DNA of 64,000 nucleotides from positions 1,534 to 65,533 of the forward strand of contig CAZXLH010000009.1 in NCBI GenBank assembly GCA_964641455.1, written 5' to 3'. The DNA is from an uncultured Eubacteriales bacterium. Lineage in GTDB: Bacteria; Bacillota; Sulfobacillia; Fermentithermobacillales; Fermentithermobacillaceae. The first letter of the stretch is position 1; every line of letters starts with the position of its first letter. Positions 19,810-29,576 of this stretch are shown one piece after another. The notes under the pieces are model-generated. The model had not been told where the DNA came from, made no database searches, and saw nothing but the letters and a program-made list of their open reading frames with translations. The position numbers were made by a program, and so were the translations under genes.

Positions 19810-22032
19810 TCAAAGCAAACGGTTTATATCAAGGATTACAGCAGGGTCACCTTCCGGGAGGATTGTAGCTCCTGCAATGCCCTTTAACCGTGAAAGAATT
19901 CTACCCATTTCTTTTACAACAATTTCCTCTTCGCCAATTAAGCCATCGACTCCCAGCGCTAACGGTTCTTCGTCACTGCGAGTAAGCACTGCGTAACGAA
20001 ACCGCCCGTTGTTTAGCCACGGATCATCTTTCAGGCAACCTTCTAACGAAACCAAAGGAAAAATTGTTCCCCTAACAGTAAGGGCGGCCTTTCCTTTGAT
20101 AGTTTGGATTCTGTCTTGGTTCACCACTATCACTTGTTCAACTGATGACGTTGGTATTGCATATACGATCCCTGAGCAATCAACCAAAAGAGCCCGCATA
20201 ATGGCAAGGGTCAGGGGCAACCGCAAAGTTACCGACGTTCCCATACCAACCACGCTTCGCACTTCTATATGCCCGTTAATTCGTTCTAGGTTTGAACGAA
20301 CAACGTCCATGCCTACACCCCTGCCTGATACTTGAGTAGCCACTTGCGATGTGGAAAACCCGGGCATGAAAATCAATTCAACAGCTTCTCTTCTAGATAA
20401 TTTACCTGCAGCTTCCTGAGTAATCAGCCCTTTTCGAATTGCAGATTGTTTTACGTTTTCAGGATCGATTCCAGACCCATCGTCCCTAACTTGAACCAAA
20501 ACCTGATTCTCCTGGTACCACGCGGAAAGCGTTATTTTCCCTCTCTCCGGTTTGCCCTTTGCTCTCCTTTCTTCAGGCATTTCTATTCCATGGTCAACTG
20601 CATTGCGCAAAATATGTATCAAAGGGTCGTCTATGGCTTCAAGCACAGTCCTATCTAACTCAGTATCTTCACCGTCAGTCTCTAAGTCGATTTTTTTACC
20701 GCAACGATTTGAAAGATCTCTTATCATCCTGGGAAACTTGGTAAATATATTATTTAAAGGCAACAACCTTGCTCTCATAATACCTTCTTGAAGTTCCTGT
20801 GACGTTCTTTGAAGATGAGATGAGAGTGCCGCAAGTTCATTGCCAACAACTACAGTTTCGTCTCTTGCTTGCAATCTCGCAGCTATTTGCGTAAGCCTGG
20901 TTCTGTCGATCACAAGTTCCCCAACCATATTGAGCAAGAAATCCAAAAGGCTTACGTCTACCCTTACAGTTCGGCCTAAATTGGTTTTTCTCACCACTGT
21001 TTCCGAAGAAGGCGGCGTTCTTGTTTCGTGAGTACGTTGCTTTGGCCCCGGCCGTTCTGGTTTGCATGGTTTATCCGGCAGGCCTGATTGATCCGGTTGC
21101 TCCGGAGGGCAGGGTTGGCTTGACCGGCCCAATTGCTTCGATTGGCCTGGTTGGTACGGCGCAAGTTGCTCCAAGCCGGTCTTATCATACGACGTAACCG
21201 TAACCTGAACCACATCCTGAATATTCCCTACAACGGTTTTTGCTTCCATACCTCCGTCATCACATGTAACATAAATGTAAAGCACATCACTTGCTACGTC
21301 AGATTCCACTTCCTCAAGAGATGGAACCGAACCAACCACTTCCGCCACTTCATTTATAAGAATCAGAGCTTGAAAACACCTTACGGAAAGCAGATCAGTT
21401 GATGAGCTAAATTTAACCGTAAGCTTGTGGACAGGTTTACCTTGATCCAAGTACTCGTGGAGTTTTTTAGTCAAGTAGGTATCCAAACCCTTGCATGCAT
21501 TTTCTGAAGCAGATTCACTTCGAACTCTGTCTTTATCCTTATCTTCGCCCTGGCCTTGGGTTTTATCTTTGCCTTCTTCGTCTTTTACTTCTTGTTCATC
21601 TTCGGCTTCTTCTTCGTCTTTGCCTTCGCCTTTCGATTGGCTTGAGCGAAACTCGTTAATCTGCCTCATTACCTCTTGTGTAGACGGCCTTTCACCCTGT
21701 GCATCCAATGCATCCTTCCACTCTTCCAGCCAATCAAGCACTGCAAACAACACATCAACCATTTCAGACGTAAGTTCCTCGCTACCTGATCTAACATTTT
21801 CAAGAATACTCTCCATGATATGAGTGACTTCCACTCCGTCTTGAAGCCCCAAAGTGGCCGCTCCACCTTTGATAGTGTGCATAGCCCTAAAAACTTCCTG
21901 AATAAGAGCATTGTCAGACGGACACTTCTCAAGTTCAACCAAGTTTTCTTCAGTATTACCAAGAAGTTCGTCTACTTCAGCAAGAAATATATGAAAATCT
22001 TCTTCAAATTCAATTGAATTGTGCTCGTTCAT
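19810..22032 (-). CDS. cheA: chemotaxis histidine kinase CheA
   Basis: 740 aa; HPt domain with AMHTIKGGAA, HATPase_c, C-terminal CheW-like domain; unusually long acidic/Lys-rich and Pro/Gln-rich linker segments. Confidence 0.9.
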   Translation of the reverse strand: MNEHNSIEFEEDFHIFLAEVDELLGNTEENLVELEKCPSDNALIQEVFRAMHTIKGGAATLGLQDGVEVTHIMESILENVRSGSEELTSEMVDVLFAVLDWLEEWKDALDAQGERPSTQEVMRQINEFRSSQSKGEGKDEEEAEDEQEVKDEEGKDKTQGQGEDKDKDRVRSESASENACKGLDTYLTKKLHEYLDQGKPVHKLTVKFSSSTDLLSVRCFQALILINEVAEVVGSVPSLEEVESDVASDVLYIYVTCDDGGMEAKTVVGNIQDVVQVTVTSYDKTGLEQLAPYQPGQSKQLGRSSQPCPPEQPDQSGLPDKPCKPERPGPKQRTHETRTPPSSETVVRKTNLGRTVRVDVSLLDFLLNMVGELVIDRTRLTQIAARLQARDETVVVGNELAALSSHLQRTSQELQEGIMRARLLPLNNIFTKFPRMIRDLSNRCGKKIDLETDGEDTELDRTVLEAIDDPLIHILRNAVDHGIEMPEERRAKGKPERGKITLSAWYQENQVLVQVRDDGSGIDPENVKQSAIRKGLITQEAAGKLSRREAVELIFMPGFSTSQVATQVSGRGVGMDVVRSNLERINGHIEVRSVVGMGTSVTLRLPLTLAIMRALLVDCSGIVYAIPTSSVEQVIVVNQDRIQTIKGKAALTVRGTIFPLVSLEGCLKDDPWLNNGRFRYAVLTRSDEEPLALGVDGLIGEEEIVVKEMGRILSRLKGIAGATILPEGDPAVILDINRLL

Positions 22033-22042
22033 TTTGCGCCTC

Positions 22043-22558
22043 TCACTTAACTACAGCAGATGCCAAATCAACGTCTTTGAGAGTCCTTCTTTCAGCATCT
22101 GATATTATCCGGGTCAGATCCAAAAGAATAATAAGTGAATCGTCAACTTTGGCAATACCTTTGATGTATTCAATCCGGTCACCTGTAATCACTGATGCAG
22201 GCGGTTCAATAAAATCTTGAGAAATTCGAAGTACCGAAGACACAGAGTCTACAATGACGCCAATACTCTCCCCGTTAGATTCAGTCAACACAATTCTGTG
22301 CTCTGGCGTCTGTTCTGCCTTTGCAAAACCAAAATGCTTTCTGAGATCGAGCACCGGGATTACTTTTCCCCTCAGGTTGATAATGCCTTCCACAAATTCA
22401 GGAGCTCTGGGTACAGGTACAATTTTCTGGACAGGTATGATTTCTCTTACCTGTCCTATCTCTACCCCGTAAGTTTCAGAACCCAACGAAAATGCTACAA
22501 TTTGCCGTTCTCTCTTGGCTACACCGTTTGGTGTTTGCGAAACATCGTTCCTGGACAT
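22043..22558 (-). CDS. cheW: chemotaxis coupling protein CheW
   Basis: 171 aa CheW domain. Confidence 0.85.
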   Translation of the reverse strand: MSRNDVSQTPNGVAKRERQIVAFSLGSETYGVEIGQVREIIPVQKIVPVPRAPEFVEGIINLRGKVIPVLDLRKHFGFAKAEQTPEHRIVLTESNGESIGVIVDSVSSVLRISQDFIEPPASVITGDRIEYIKGIAKVDDSLIILLDLTRIISDAERRTLKDVDLASAVVK

Positions 22559-22664
22559 AATACCCCCCTGTTTCCCAATATCGGAATCGAATCACTGTAA
22601 GTTAAGTATAGGATTTAAAGTAAAATTTATGGGCTTCAAAATGCAGCGAAAGCGCGGCTGTCTC

Positions 22665-22926
22665 AACAGGGGCCCGCCCAAAGGATAACCAGAGGCATTG
22701 ATTGAGCAGTAGGTGATTTATGTATCAAGTTACGTCTTAAAGGGGCCCACCCAGAGGATAATAAGGGTCCCGGCAGTCTCCTTTGTCCCTTGCCGGCATT
22801 TGTTTCCACGAAACGCCTTGCCAACGTAGTGTTGGAGACTATGCCTTCTTCCTTACCTTTTGCTGACATGTTTCACGAAGCGTCTTCGCCGCAGCAATAA
22901 TTGGAGACTATGCACTCTTCTTTACC
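22665..22926. repeat. two pairs of imperfect direct repeats upstream of the che operon: AGGGGCCCGCCCAAAGGATAACC / AGGGGCCCACCCAGAGGATAATAA, and a 62-bp unit (22797-22857) repeated at 22866-22926 (...TTGGAGACTATGCCTTCTTCCTTACC / ...TTGGAGACTATGCACTCTTCTTTACC)
   Basis: Read directly from sequence; only ORF calls in this gap (e.g. 22663-22869) are weak. Confidence 0.5.
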
Positions 22927-23056
22927 ACTTAGCACCGGTTCATTTAAATAGGTCCTGAGGGCCGGCATCTGTTTTCACCCTGGAATGTGTAACTTAGAAA
23001 CCCCGCACATCATAATAGATTCAGCCTGGGACAGTATAAAGGTGTGGAATAAAATA

Positions 23057-24763
23057 CTAAGAATCAAGAGTATCATGGATTACTTCCCAGATATCCTCAG
23101 TTTCAAACCCCCGCCGCCAGGCGGCCACTCCTGCCAAACCGTATTGGTTGACCAGTTGCACTCGTTTCTTCATTGATTCAACATCTTCCAACCATACTTT
23201 GAAGGTATCGCTGCCAATCTTTTTCTCTGCATATAATAACCCTGTATCAGGTTGGTACTTTGGAGTTACATTCTCATTTTTAAGCCAACGCGCTATGCCT
23301 TCCATGCCCAAGGCCCTGGGGGCCACTTTGGCTTGGCTGTTTTCACGAGTCTCTTGCCATAACCGTGTATAGAAAGGAACCCCTAACACAAGTTTCTCAG
23401 GGGGCACCTCTTCAAGAGTCTTCTTGACAGTCCATTCTGCCCACGGGATAGCCGATACAGGCCCTGCTACTTTAGAACCGTAAGGATACTGATCATATGC
23501 CATAAGCATCACATAATCCACCACCTGGGCAAGTTTGTCCCGTTCCAGGAACAGAGACCAATTCGGGCTGGTAGATTTAACGGTAATGTCAATAGATACG
23601 GTAAGCCCTTGCCCGTGTAGCATTGGAACCAACTCACGTACAAATTGAGTGAGGTAACGGCCGTCAGCAAGATTTACGTTTTCAAAATCTATATTAATAC
23701 CGTCAAGTTTGTATATCTTAGCGTATATGAGCAGTTGAGAAATAATCTTGTCCCTTAAATCTGAGTCTCTAAGCACCACGGAAGTCCTCGAAGGATCGAA
23801 TGAATTGGAAAACAACGCCCATACTTGATACCCCCGTGAATGAGCCCAGTTCACATAACGCATATCAGCACGGTTTTCCAGTTCACCGGGAGTACCTGCA
23901 AGGTGAAACCATGTTGGCGAAACAACGTTTAACCCGGGCATTTTGCCTATTCCAGCAGGGTCAGGAGTAACAGTATCGACCTGTTCCCATACCAGAACCA
24001 CCTTATTGCCTTCTAGAGGGCTGGGAACATATTCAGAAGGCTCTTTGATAACAGGAGGCTCTTCTCTTACACCTGTTACCAGCCTCTTAGGAACGAAACC
24101 ACAAAACCCCTGCTTGGTTTCGACTTTCAACCACCGCCCTGTTTCTCCATAAATAACTACCTGGTCACCTGTTGACAGTTTGCGAACTCTGCGAGAAAGC
24201 AACGACGCCCTTACCCTTAGAATGGTATCGGCGCTGACCTCGCCAATCTTGTTAGGAGTATCCAATCTTTGCACCGAAAATATTCCAACCTCTTGGTTAT
24301 GGGTTGTTGATACAGGATATAGTGTTTCTAATGTGCTTGCAGGAACATAGGGTTGATTTCCTTCAAGGATCACAGGAAACTGTAAACTCACTGAGTGCTG
24401 ATTCACATATGCAGTAAGTGAATCCTTACTGAGTTTCACTACCTTATCTTTCGTGGTTACAATCATCATACCGCTTTCGTCCCAAAACACGTGCGGATCA
24501 AGTGTATCTTTTATGAATTTCATAGGCACATAGGCTTCCCCTTCTTCTATCACTACCGGAAACCTTTGCGCTTCACCGCAGTAAACCATCTGTGGACGGC
24601 TTGTATGAGAATATTCAACATATTGAAAAGAAGGATAGATCGTAATAGTAATGAACGCAAATATTGCTGCTAAGATAACAATCCAGTTAAATCCAGGGCC
24701 TGGGCTGTATACTTTTTTGGTTTTTCTGGCTCTTCCAGGCGGAATGCTTGCATTGAAACTCAT
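23057..24763 (-). CDS. GH18 (chitinase-like) domain protein with N-terminal TM, Cu-amine-oxidase-N-like repeats and SH3b domain; YaaH/YdhD-like cortex/peptidoglycan hydrolase
   Basis: 568 aa; DGINIDFE (GH18 DxxDxDxE catalytic motif); SH3_3-like GDQVVIYGETGRWLKVETKQGFCGFVP; YVPMKFIKDTL / PYVPASTLETL stalk repeats. Confidence 0.65.
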   Translation of the reverse strand: MSFNASIPPGRARKTKKVYSPGPGFNWIVILAAIFAFITITIYPSFQYVEYSHTSRPQMVYCGEAQRFPVVIEEGEAYVPMKFIKDTLDPHVFWDESGMMIVTTKDKVVKLSKDSLTAYVNQHSVSLQFPVILEGNQPYVPASTLETLYPVSTTHNQEVGIFSVQRLDTPNKIGEVSADTILRVRASLLSRRVRKLSTGDQVVIYGETGRWLKVETKQGFCGFVPKRLVTGVREEPPVIKEPSEYVPSPLEGNKVVLVWEQVDTVTPDPAGIGKMPGLNVVSPTWFHLAGTPGELENRADMRYVNWAHSRGYQVWALFSNSFDPSRTSVVLRDSDLRDKIISQLLIYAKIYKLDGINIDFENVNLADGRYLTQFVRELVPMLHGQGLTVSIDITVKSTSPNWSLFLERDKLAQVVDYVMLMAYDQYPYGSKVAGPVSAIPWAEWTVKKTLEEVPPEKLVLGVPFYTRLWQETRENSQAKVAPRALGMEGIARWLKNENVTPKYQPDTGLLYAEKKIGSDTFKVWLEDVESMKKRVQLVNQYGLAGVAAWRRGFETEDIWEVIHDTLDS

Positions 24764-24801
24764 TTCTGTTAGTGACCCAACCTTTCAAAAGGGAAGTTAC
24801 G

Positions 24802-24952
24802 TGTTTCGGCATTTGCACACTTAGGTATTTGAGTATTTCAAATCATGGGCCCAGAGTTGTGAACCCCATTCACATTTCGGCATTTGCATGTTTCGGTATT
24901 TACATGTCCCGGTATTATATGTTTTGATATTTACCTGTTTCGATATTTCGAC
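24802..24952. repeat. iteron-like array: about 16-bp unit GTTTCGGYATTTRCAT, one copy at 24802 and five tandem copies at 24871-24952
   Basis: Read directly from sequence; related CGGCATTTCC/CACATTTCC copies recur at 26521-26555 on the other side of the adjacent gene. Confidence 0.55.
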
Positions 24953-25040
24953 GCGATGGGGCTTTGTGTCCTGCTTGTTTACGACTATGTTTATGGAAGC
25001 GGAGGCATAACCTGGGGGGGCGGTTAGCGGTGTTGATGCG

Positions 25041-25240
25041 AACCTGTAGCCTAGGATTACAACTCAGCACACTACTATCATCTGGGAATACATCTCAACA
25101 CTGAAACTGTAGCCTGAGACGACACTTCAACCCGTAACTGTCATCTGCAATTACACTTCAACCCGCAACTGTCATCTGCAATTACACTTCAACCCGCAAC
25201 CATCATCTGGGGGTACAACTTGACATAAACCTGTAGTCCG
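25041..25240. repeat. tandem 31-bp repeat ACACTTCAACCCG(T/C)AACTGTCATCTGCAATT x3 (25121-25212), flanked by three AAC(C/A)TGTAGCC copies and two ATCATCTGGG copies
   Basis: Read directly from sequence. Confidence 0.55.
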
Positions 25241-25273
25241 GTAAAACAATTCCTCGCATAATATGAACACCGG

Positions 25274-25302
25274 TTGACATACTTTCCCAGATTGTGGATA
25301 AT
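25274..25302 (+). promoter_or_regulatory. sigma-70-type promoter TTGACA-17 nt-(TG)GATAAT about 110 bp upstream of the 25411 start
   Basis: Consensus -35 at 25274-25279, TGn-extended -10 at 25295-25302. Confidence 0.45.
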
Positions 25303-25410
25303 TAAGCTACAATACTACACATTCCTTACCAGAGTTATCAATTGTATTGTCGTGCATTGTCGAAATTCAAGGATATAACGTGCAAACTATATTATCTGAA
25401 GGTGGTGGAT

Positions 25411-26190
25411 ATGAAAAATTCAATAATTCTCCCTGAGATGCTACTAGATGAAGAACTTATTCCCCCGCTTGCCAAACTACTGTATGTCATAACACAAATC
25501 TATCATCCTTCCTCTATTACAGACCTAGCAAGGCAGAGTGGAATTAGCCGGCCGGCAGTGTCCAATCTGTGTAATATCCTTGCCGGCCATGGATGGATCG
25601 TCAAAGCCAAGCAAGGTTCGAGAACAGTCCCTGTACCAGCCATACCTCACCCTGTTCAAGAGCAAATGGTCAAAGACCTATACACAGGTTACAACGCAAG
25701 CCGATTAAAAGGTGAATACCTGGTAAAAACGTGGCTAAACCGCTTGGTGCTTACAGATGAATACATAGACAATGCCCGGCCTTCGTTCCTGCAAAACCCT
25801 CTTACCGGAGAACTGATGGAACTGGATAGGTTTATGCCAACTCTAAATGCAGGAATTGAGTACCATGGCCCTCAACACTTCGCGCCTACCAAAGCATTTC
25901 CGGATACAGCCCAATTCAAAAAAAGAAGAGCGCGAGACCTAATGAAACGATCATTGTGTGATGAAAATAACATTACACTGATTATTGTGACGGCAGAAGA
26001 TCTCAGCCTCCAAGGCATGTTAAGCAAACTTCCTAAAGACTTTCCTATTAGGCAAGTCGATGTTGGCGGGCCTTATATCAAGGCTTTGCAATCGTTATCT
26101 GCAGAATACAGGGCGGGGCTAACAAGAGCCATTGCCCGGGAAGCCAGGGAACAGGAATATCGCAATCGGCTCCGTCAATCCAACGTCTGA
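25411..26190 (+). CDS. winged-helix (MarR/ArsR-like) DNA-binding domain fused to a Vsr/DUF559-like PD-(D/E)xK endonuclease-fold domain
   Basis: ATG at 25411 preceded by GGTGGTGG RBS (listed ORF start 25342 likely too long). HTH: SITDLARQSGISRPAVSNLCNILAGHGWI. C-terminus ELDRFMPTLNAGIEYHGPQHF...KRRARDLMKRSLCDENNITLIIV matches the DUF559 pattern (yivDF...vEvDGxqH...RDxxL...GxxVlRf) with D-to-H substitution. Confidence 0.5.
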   Translation: MKNSIILPEMLLDEELIPPLAKLLYVITQIYHPSSITDLARQSGISRPAVSNLCNILAGHGWIVKAKQGSRTVPVPAIPHPVQEQMVKDLYTGYNASRLKGEYLVKTWLNRLVLTDEYIDNARPSFLQNPLTGELMELDRFMPTLNAGIEYHGPQHFAPTKAFPDTAQFKKRRARDLMKRSLCDENNITLIIVTAEDLSLQGMLSKLPKDFPIRQVDVGGPYIKALQSLSAEYRAGLTRAIAREAREQEYRNRLRQSNV

Positions 26191-26708
26191 TCACATTGCA
26201 CCATCAGTTTCTTATATTCTGCCCACTGAGGTATGCAGCCAAAAAAACAGACGCTCACGTTCCGAACGTCTATCTGGGCTCAAAGTATGCATCAAATGTC
26301 CTACCGTAAGGGAATACAGGCCTTGTAGCACTCCACGACCAAGGGTGATCCAGCATAAACGCTATACCGGACTTGGTTCTTGTCGAGTTCAAGTCGACGT
26401 CGAATCCTGATTCACTTGTACCTGTAGTACCTACCTATCTCCAATCTATATCCAAAGGTTGATTTATCTATCTATCTGTATCCACCTGTATCTAGCTTAC
26501 AATCAACATTTTTACCTTACAGCCCACATTTCCGATCTTACAGTCGGCATTTCCAACAAATCAGCCGGAAAGCGCTATCCGGCACTGCGTGATAACCCTG
26601 CCGGGCCCGATTGCTTCCCGTTCGTGATGCAATCGGGCCTTTCCATTAATTCTTACGTTCGGGGCTGGCGGGGATGGATAAAGATTCCAGCCGATATGGG
26701 TTAAACGC

Positions 26709-27710
26709 CTAACCCAAAACTTCCTTATAAACCCTTAGCCAATTGCCGCCTAAAACTTTCTTAACTTCTTCTTCTGTATATCCGCGGTTCAACAGTTCTT
26801 CTGTAAGCCTCGGCATCTCAGATACATCCTTCATAACCTGAGAACTTCCGGGAGATACCCCAAACCCGTCAAAATCAGAACCAAGGCCCACATGGTCTAT
26901 GCCGGCAATCTTCTTTATGTGATCGATATGATCACAAAGCCTGGATAGGGAAACGTTCTCCTTATCATCAACAAATAAAGGGCAGAAAACAACACCAATT
27001 ACGCCACCCTTTGCCGCCAACGCTTCTATTTGCTTATCTGTAAGGTTCCGGGGGTGCGAAGCCAGTGCCCTTACGTTTGAATGGGAAGCAATATAAGGCC
27101 TTTCTGCTACCTCATCAACTCCCCAAAAACTTGTTTCAGACAGGTGAGATACATCTACAAGCATTCCAAGCCGTTCCATTTCCTTGACTACCGAAATACC
27201 AAAATCAGTAAGCCCTGACTTAGCAGACTTTTCTCCTACACCATCAGCTATGTCGTTCCTTTGGTTCCAGGTTAACCCCATTGCCCTTACGCCTAACCTG
27301 TAGAAACTCCTCAATAACGACAAGCTGCCTTCAATAGCTTCGCCGCCTTCAATACTAAGAAGCCCACAGACTTGATCCCCGCTTTTAACGTCGATAATAT
27401 CTTGCGCACTTGTGGCGAGAGTAAAATCTGCAGAATCTTCAAGCAGGCTGTAGAACCCATCCAAAAGTTCTAAACATCTCCTGGCTGAGCGCGTTGGTTT
27501 ATACTGAGGCTCAATATATAATGCCATAACCTGACATGTAACTCCGCCTTCTTTCAGCCTTGGAAGATCGATATGCCCTGTTTCGCTTCTTTCAAAAAAA
27601 TCACGCTGTTTATATGAAGAATAATGCCTACGTCCCATGACCGACAGCATCGTGTCACAATGGCCGTCAATTATAACCGCTTCTTGATGAATTCTGGAAG
27701 CATCTGACAA
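26709..27710 (-). CDS. membrane dipeptidase, peptidase family M19
   Basis: 333 aa; VIIDGHCDTM and GLGSDFDG motifs of renal-dipeptidase-like enzymes. Confidence 0.8.
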   Translation of the reverse strand: MSDASRIHQEAVIIDGHCDTMLSVMGRRHYSSYKQRDFFERSETGHIDLPRLKEGGVTCQVMALYIEPQYKPTRSARRCLELLDGFYSLLEDSADFTLATSAQDIIDVKSGDQVCGLLSIEGGEAIEGSLSLLRSFYRLGVRAMGLTWNQRNDIADGVGEKSAKSGLTDFGISVVKEMERLGMLVDVSHLSETSFWGVDEVAERPYIASHSNVRALASHPRNLTDKQIEALAAKGGVIGVVFCPLFVDDKENVSLSRLCDHIDHIKKIAGIDHVGLGSDFDGFGVSPGSSQVMKDVSEMPRLTEELLNRGYTEEEVKKVLGGNWLRVYKEVLG

Positions 27711-27810
27711 AACAATGCCCTCCTTACTGAAAAGCCAGGTTCGTTGTTAGAACCTGGCCTAAAATAGTGGTTAAAACTTGAAATAAAGTTGGTTTGAGTA
27801 TGTATGCAAT

Positions 27811-28011
<201 letters not shown>

Positions 28012-28167
28012 TCAAATATTTAGAAGTGTATCACGATAGTGATTATAACACACACACTACTGCCTGCGTAGTTAGGTAGAGTGCTACCCTATTTATGTTC
28101 TACAAAAGTCCCCTTAATCCTTCAATGTGACTAAATGCCTGCTCGTCTTTGCATAACCCGGTTCAAA

Positions 28168-28872
28168 TTACTTAAACCGGGCTGCCTTCATTGCATTGCT
28201 AACCGCTTCAATCCACTTTTGCGAACTCTGTGTAGCTTCACTGAACGTATCAACTTGTGGACTGTTTTGTTCCACAAAAGCTTTTTCGAGTTGCTCCTTA
28301 GCCTGGATTACAGGTGTGTACGAGTACGTTGCAAAATCCAGGAATTGATTCTCTTGGGTAACCTCTAGCAATCGGACTCCGGTAATTTGGTCGTTTTCAA
28401 TGGTAACCAAAGCAACGCCATACCCTTTTTCATCGCCTGTAGACCGCCCCATAAATGTCCCATCAAAGTACTCGGTGGTAATATCAGGATTCTTCTTAGC
28501 CTTCTCCAGGGCAAATGAAACTGCGTTCATGTACTTGTTAGATGATACGGTAGCGCCTGTGTACACATCAACATTTACATCCTGGCTCTCAATAATACGT
28601 TCGGGCAATTCTTCGTTGGCCAGTTTGGCAGCTTCCCATTCGTATGAATCCAAGTCCCTTTCCGTTGCCATAGAAGTAAACTCAGCCAATTTGATATCGG
28701 TAATCTTGTCGTTTTCAATTGTCACTTCAGCAACGGCAAACCCTTTGTCGTCTGACGGAGAAATACCTTTGTAGACACCGTCATTGTATATCTTAGGGCC
28801 ACAACCTGTAGCTGACAAAATAAGTGCAAAACCGGCTATTAATAAGTAAATTACCTTACGTTTCGTCTTCAT
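28168..28872 (-). CDS. lipoprotein with two FMN-binding (FMN_bind) domains
   Basis: 234 aa; lipobox LSATGC; two repeats each ending in the covalent-FMN Thr/Ser motif (DVYTGATVSSNKYMNAV; VDTFSEATQSSQKWIEAV). Confidence 0.65.
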   Translation of the reverse strand: MKTKRKVIYLLIAGFALILSATGCGPKIYNDGVYKGISPSDDKGFAVAEVTIENDKITDIKLAEFTSMATERDLDSYEWEAAKLANEELPERIIESQDVNVDVYTGATVSSNKYMNAVSFALEKAKKNPDITTEYFDGTFMGRSTGDEKGYGVALVTIENDQITGVRLLEVTQENQFLDFATYSYTPVIQAKEQLEKAFVEQNSPQVDTFSEATQSSQKWIEAVSNAMKAARFK

Positions 28873-29135
28873 TACCTCCCTTTTGCAAAAAACGAACCAA
28901 CTTCCGCTAACATTATTACCCGTTATAAGAATAATAAGCCTCTATACGCTGCAAGCCAAGTTGAATTTTAGCATATGCCATGTATATACCATGATTTTTG
29001 CGTTTCGCTATAATTCGACATTGTTCGTCATTACTGAATATACATTTATTCCCTAATACATTGATATGCTGGCAAGCTTCCAAAATGGGTAATTCATTTA
29101 TGTATTATAGGTAACTGTTTTATGTCAGTATTTGT

Positions 29136-29192
29136 CGAACGATTCTCGGTTGTCCACAAGGGAATCCACAACGATCTCCGAGAAGTCGTTTG
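29136..29192. promoter_or_regulatory. imperfect 14-bp inverted repeat CGAACGATTCTCGG...CCGAGAAGTCGTTTG enclosing two TCCACAA direct repeats, in the divergent promoter region upstream of the 29238 gene
   Basis: Read directly from sequence. Confidence 0.35.
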
Positions 29193-29237
29193 ACACAATC
29201 AAAACAAAACTTCAGGAAGTTGAACAGGGGGATTGTA

Positions 29238-29576
29238 ATGACTAGAACAACTGTTTCAAAAGAAAGCATACGAAACTACTGCCAGGACGGGCGGGAATTT
29301 GAAATCCGTTATGAGTTAGAGTCTCATACAAATCCGGAAACTTTCTTGATTAGAGCTCACCTAAAGGAAATCCATGAGGATGGCAAATCTACGCAAACTT
29401 CTTCAAGTATTGAATTACTCTGTCCATACCCTGAATTAAGCGAAAAATTATTCGATTTTATAAGAAATGCTTCGGATCCGATCTTTCCAATACACCTACC
29501 TGAAATTGTACAGGACCAGATTTCTTGTACCTTGCAGGATAGCCTTCGTTTTACTTTGAAGACCAGTCCCTTGTAA
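29238..29576 (+). CDS. hypothetical protein
   Basis: 112 aa from ATG preceded by CAGGGGG RBS (listed ORF 29190 start lacks RBS); no recognisable family; 3' end overlaps the convergent NYN gene. Confidence 0.4.
   Translation: MTRTTVSKESIRNYCQDGREFEIRYELESHTNPETFLIRAHLKEIHEDGKSTQTSSSIELLCPYPELSEKLFDFIRNASDPIFPIHLPEIVQDQISCTLQDSLRFTLKTSPL

Noticed and set aside
22663-22869. 68-aa minus-strand ORF in the cheW upstream region
   Set aside because: It spans the direct-repeat units, lacks an RBS and has no homology features; probably non-coding.
24871-25212. CRISPR array
   Set aside because: Repeat units are short (16 and 31 bp) and directly tandem, with no regular unique spacers, and no cas genes are nearby. 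They are more consistent with iterons or satellite-like repeats.
26132-26704. ORFs 26132-26410 (92 aa) and 26459-26704 (81 aa)
   Set aside because: They lie in the repeat-rich non-coding region, overlap the end of the 25411-26190 gene, have no RBS, and show Ser/Arg/Cys-rich composition.
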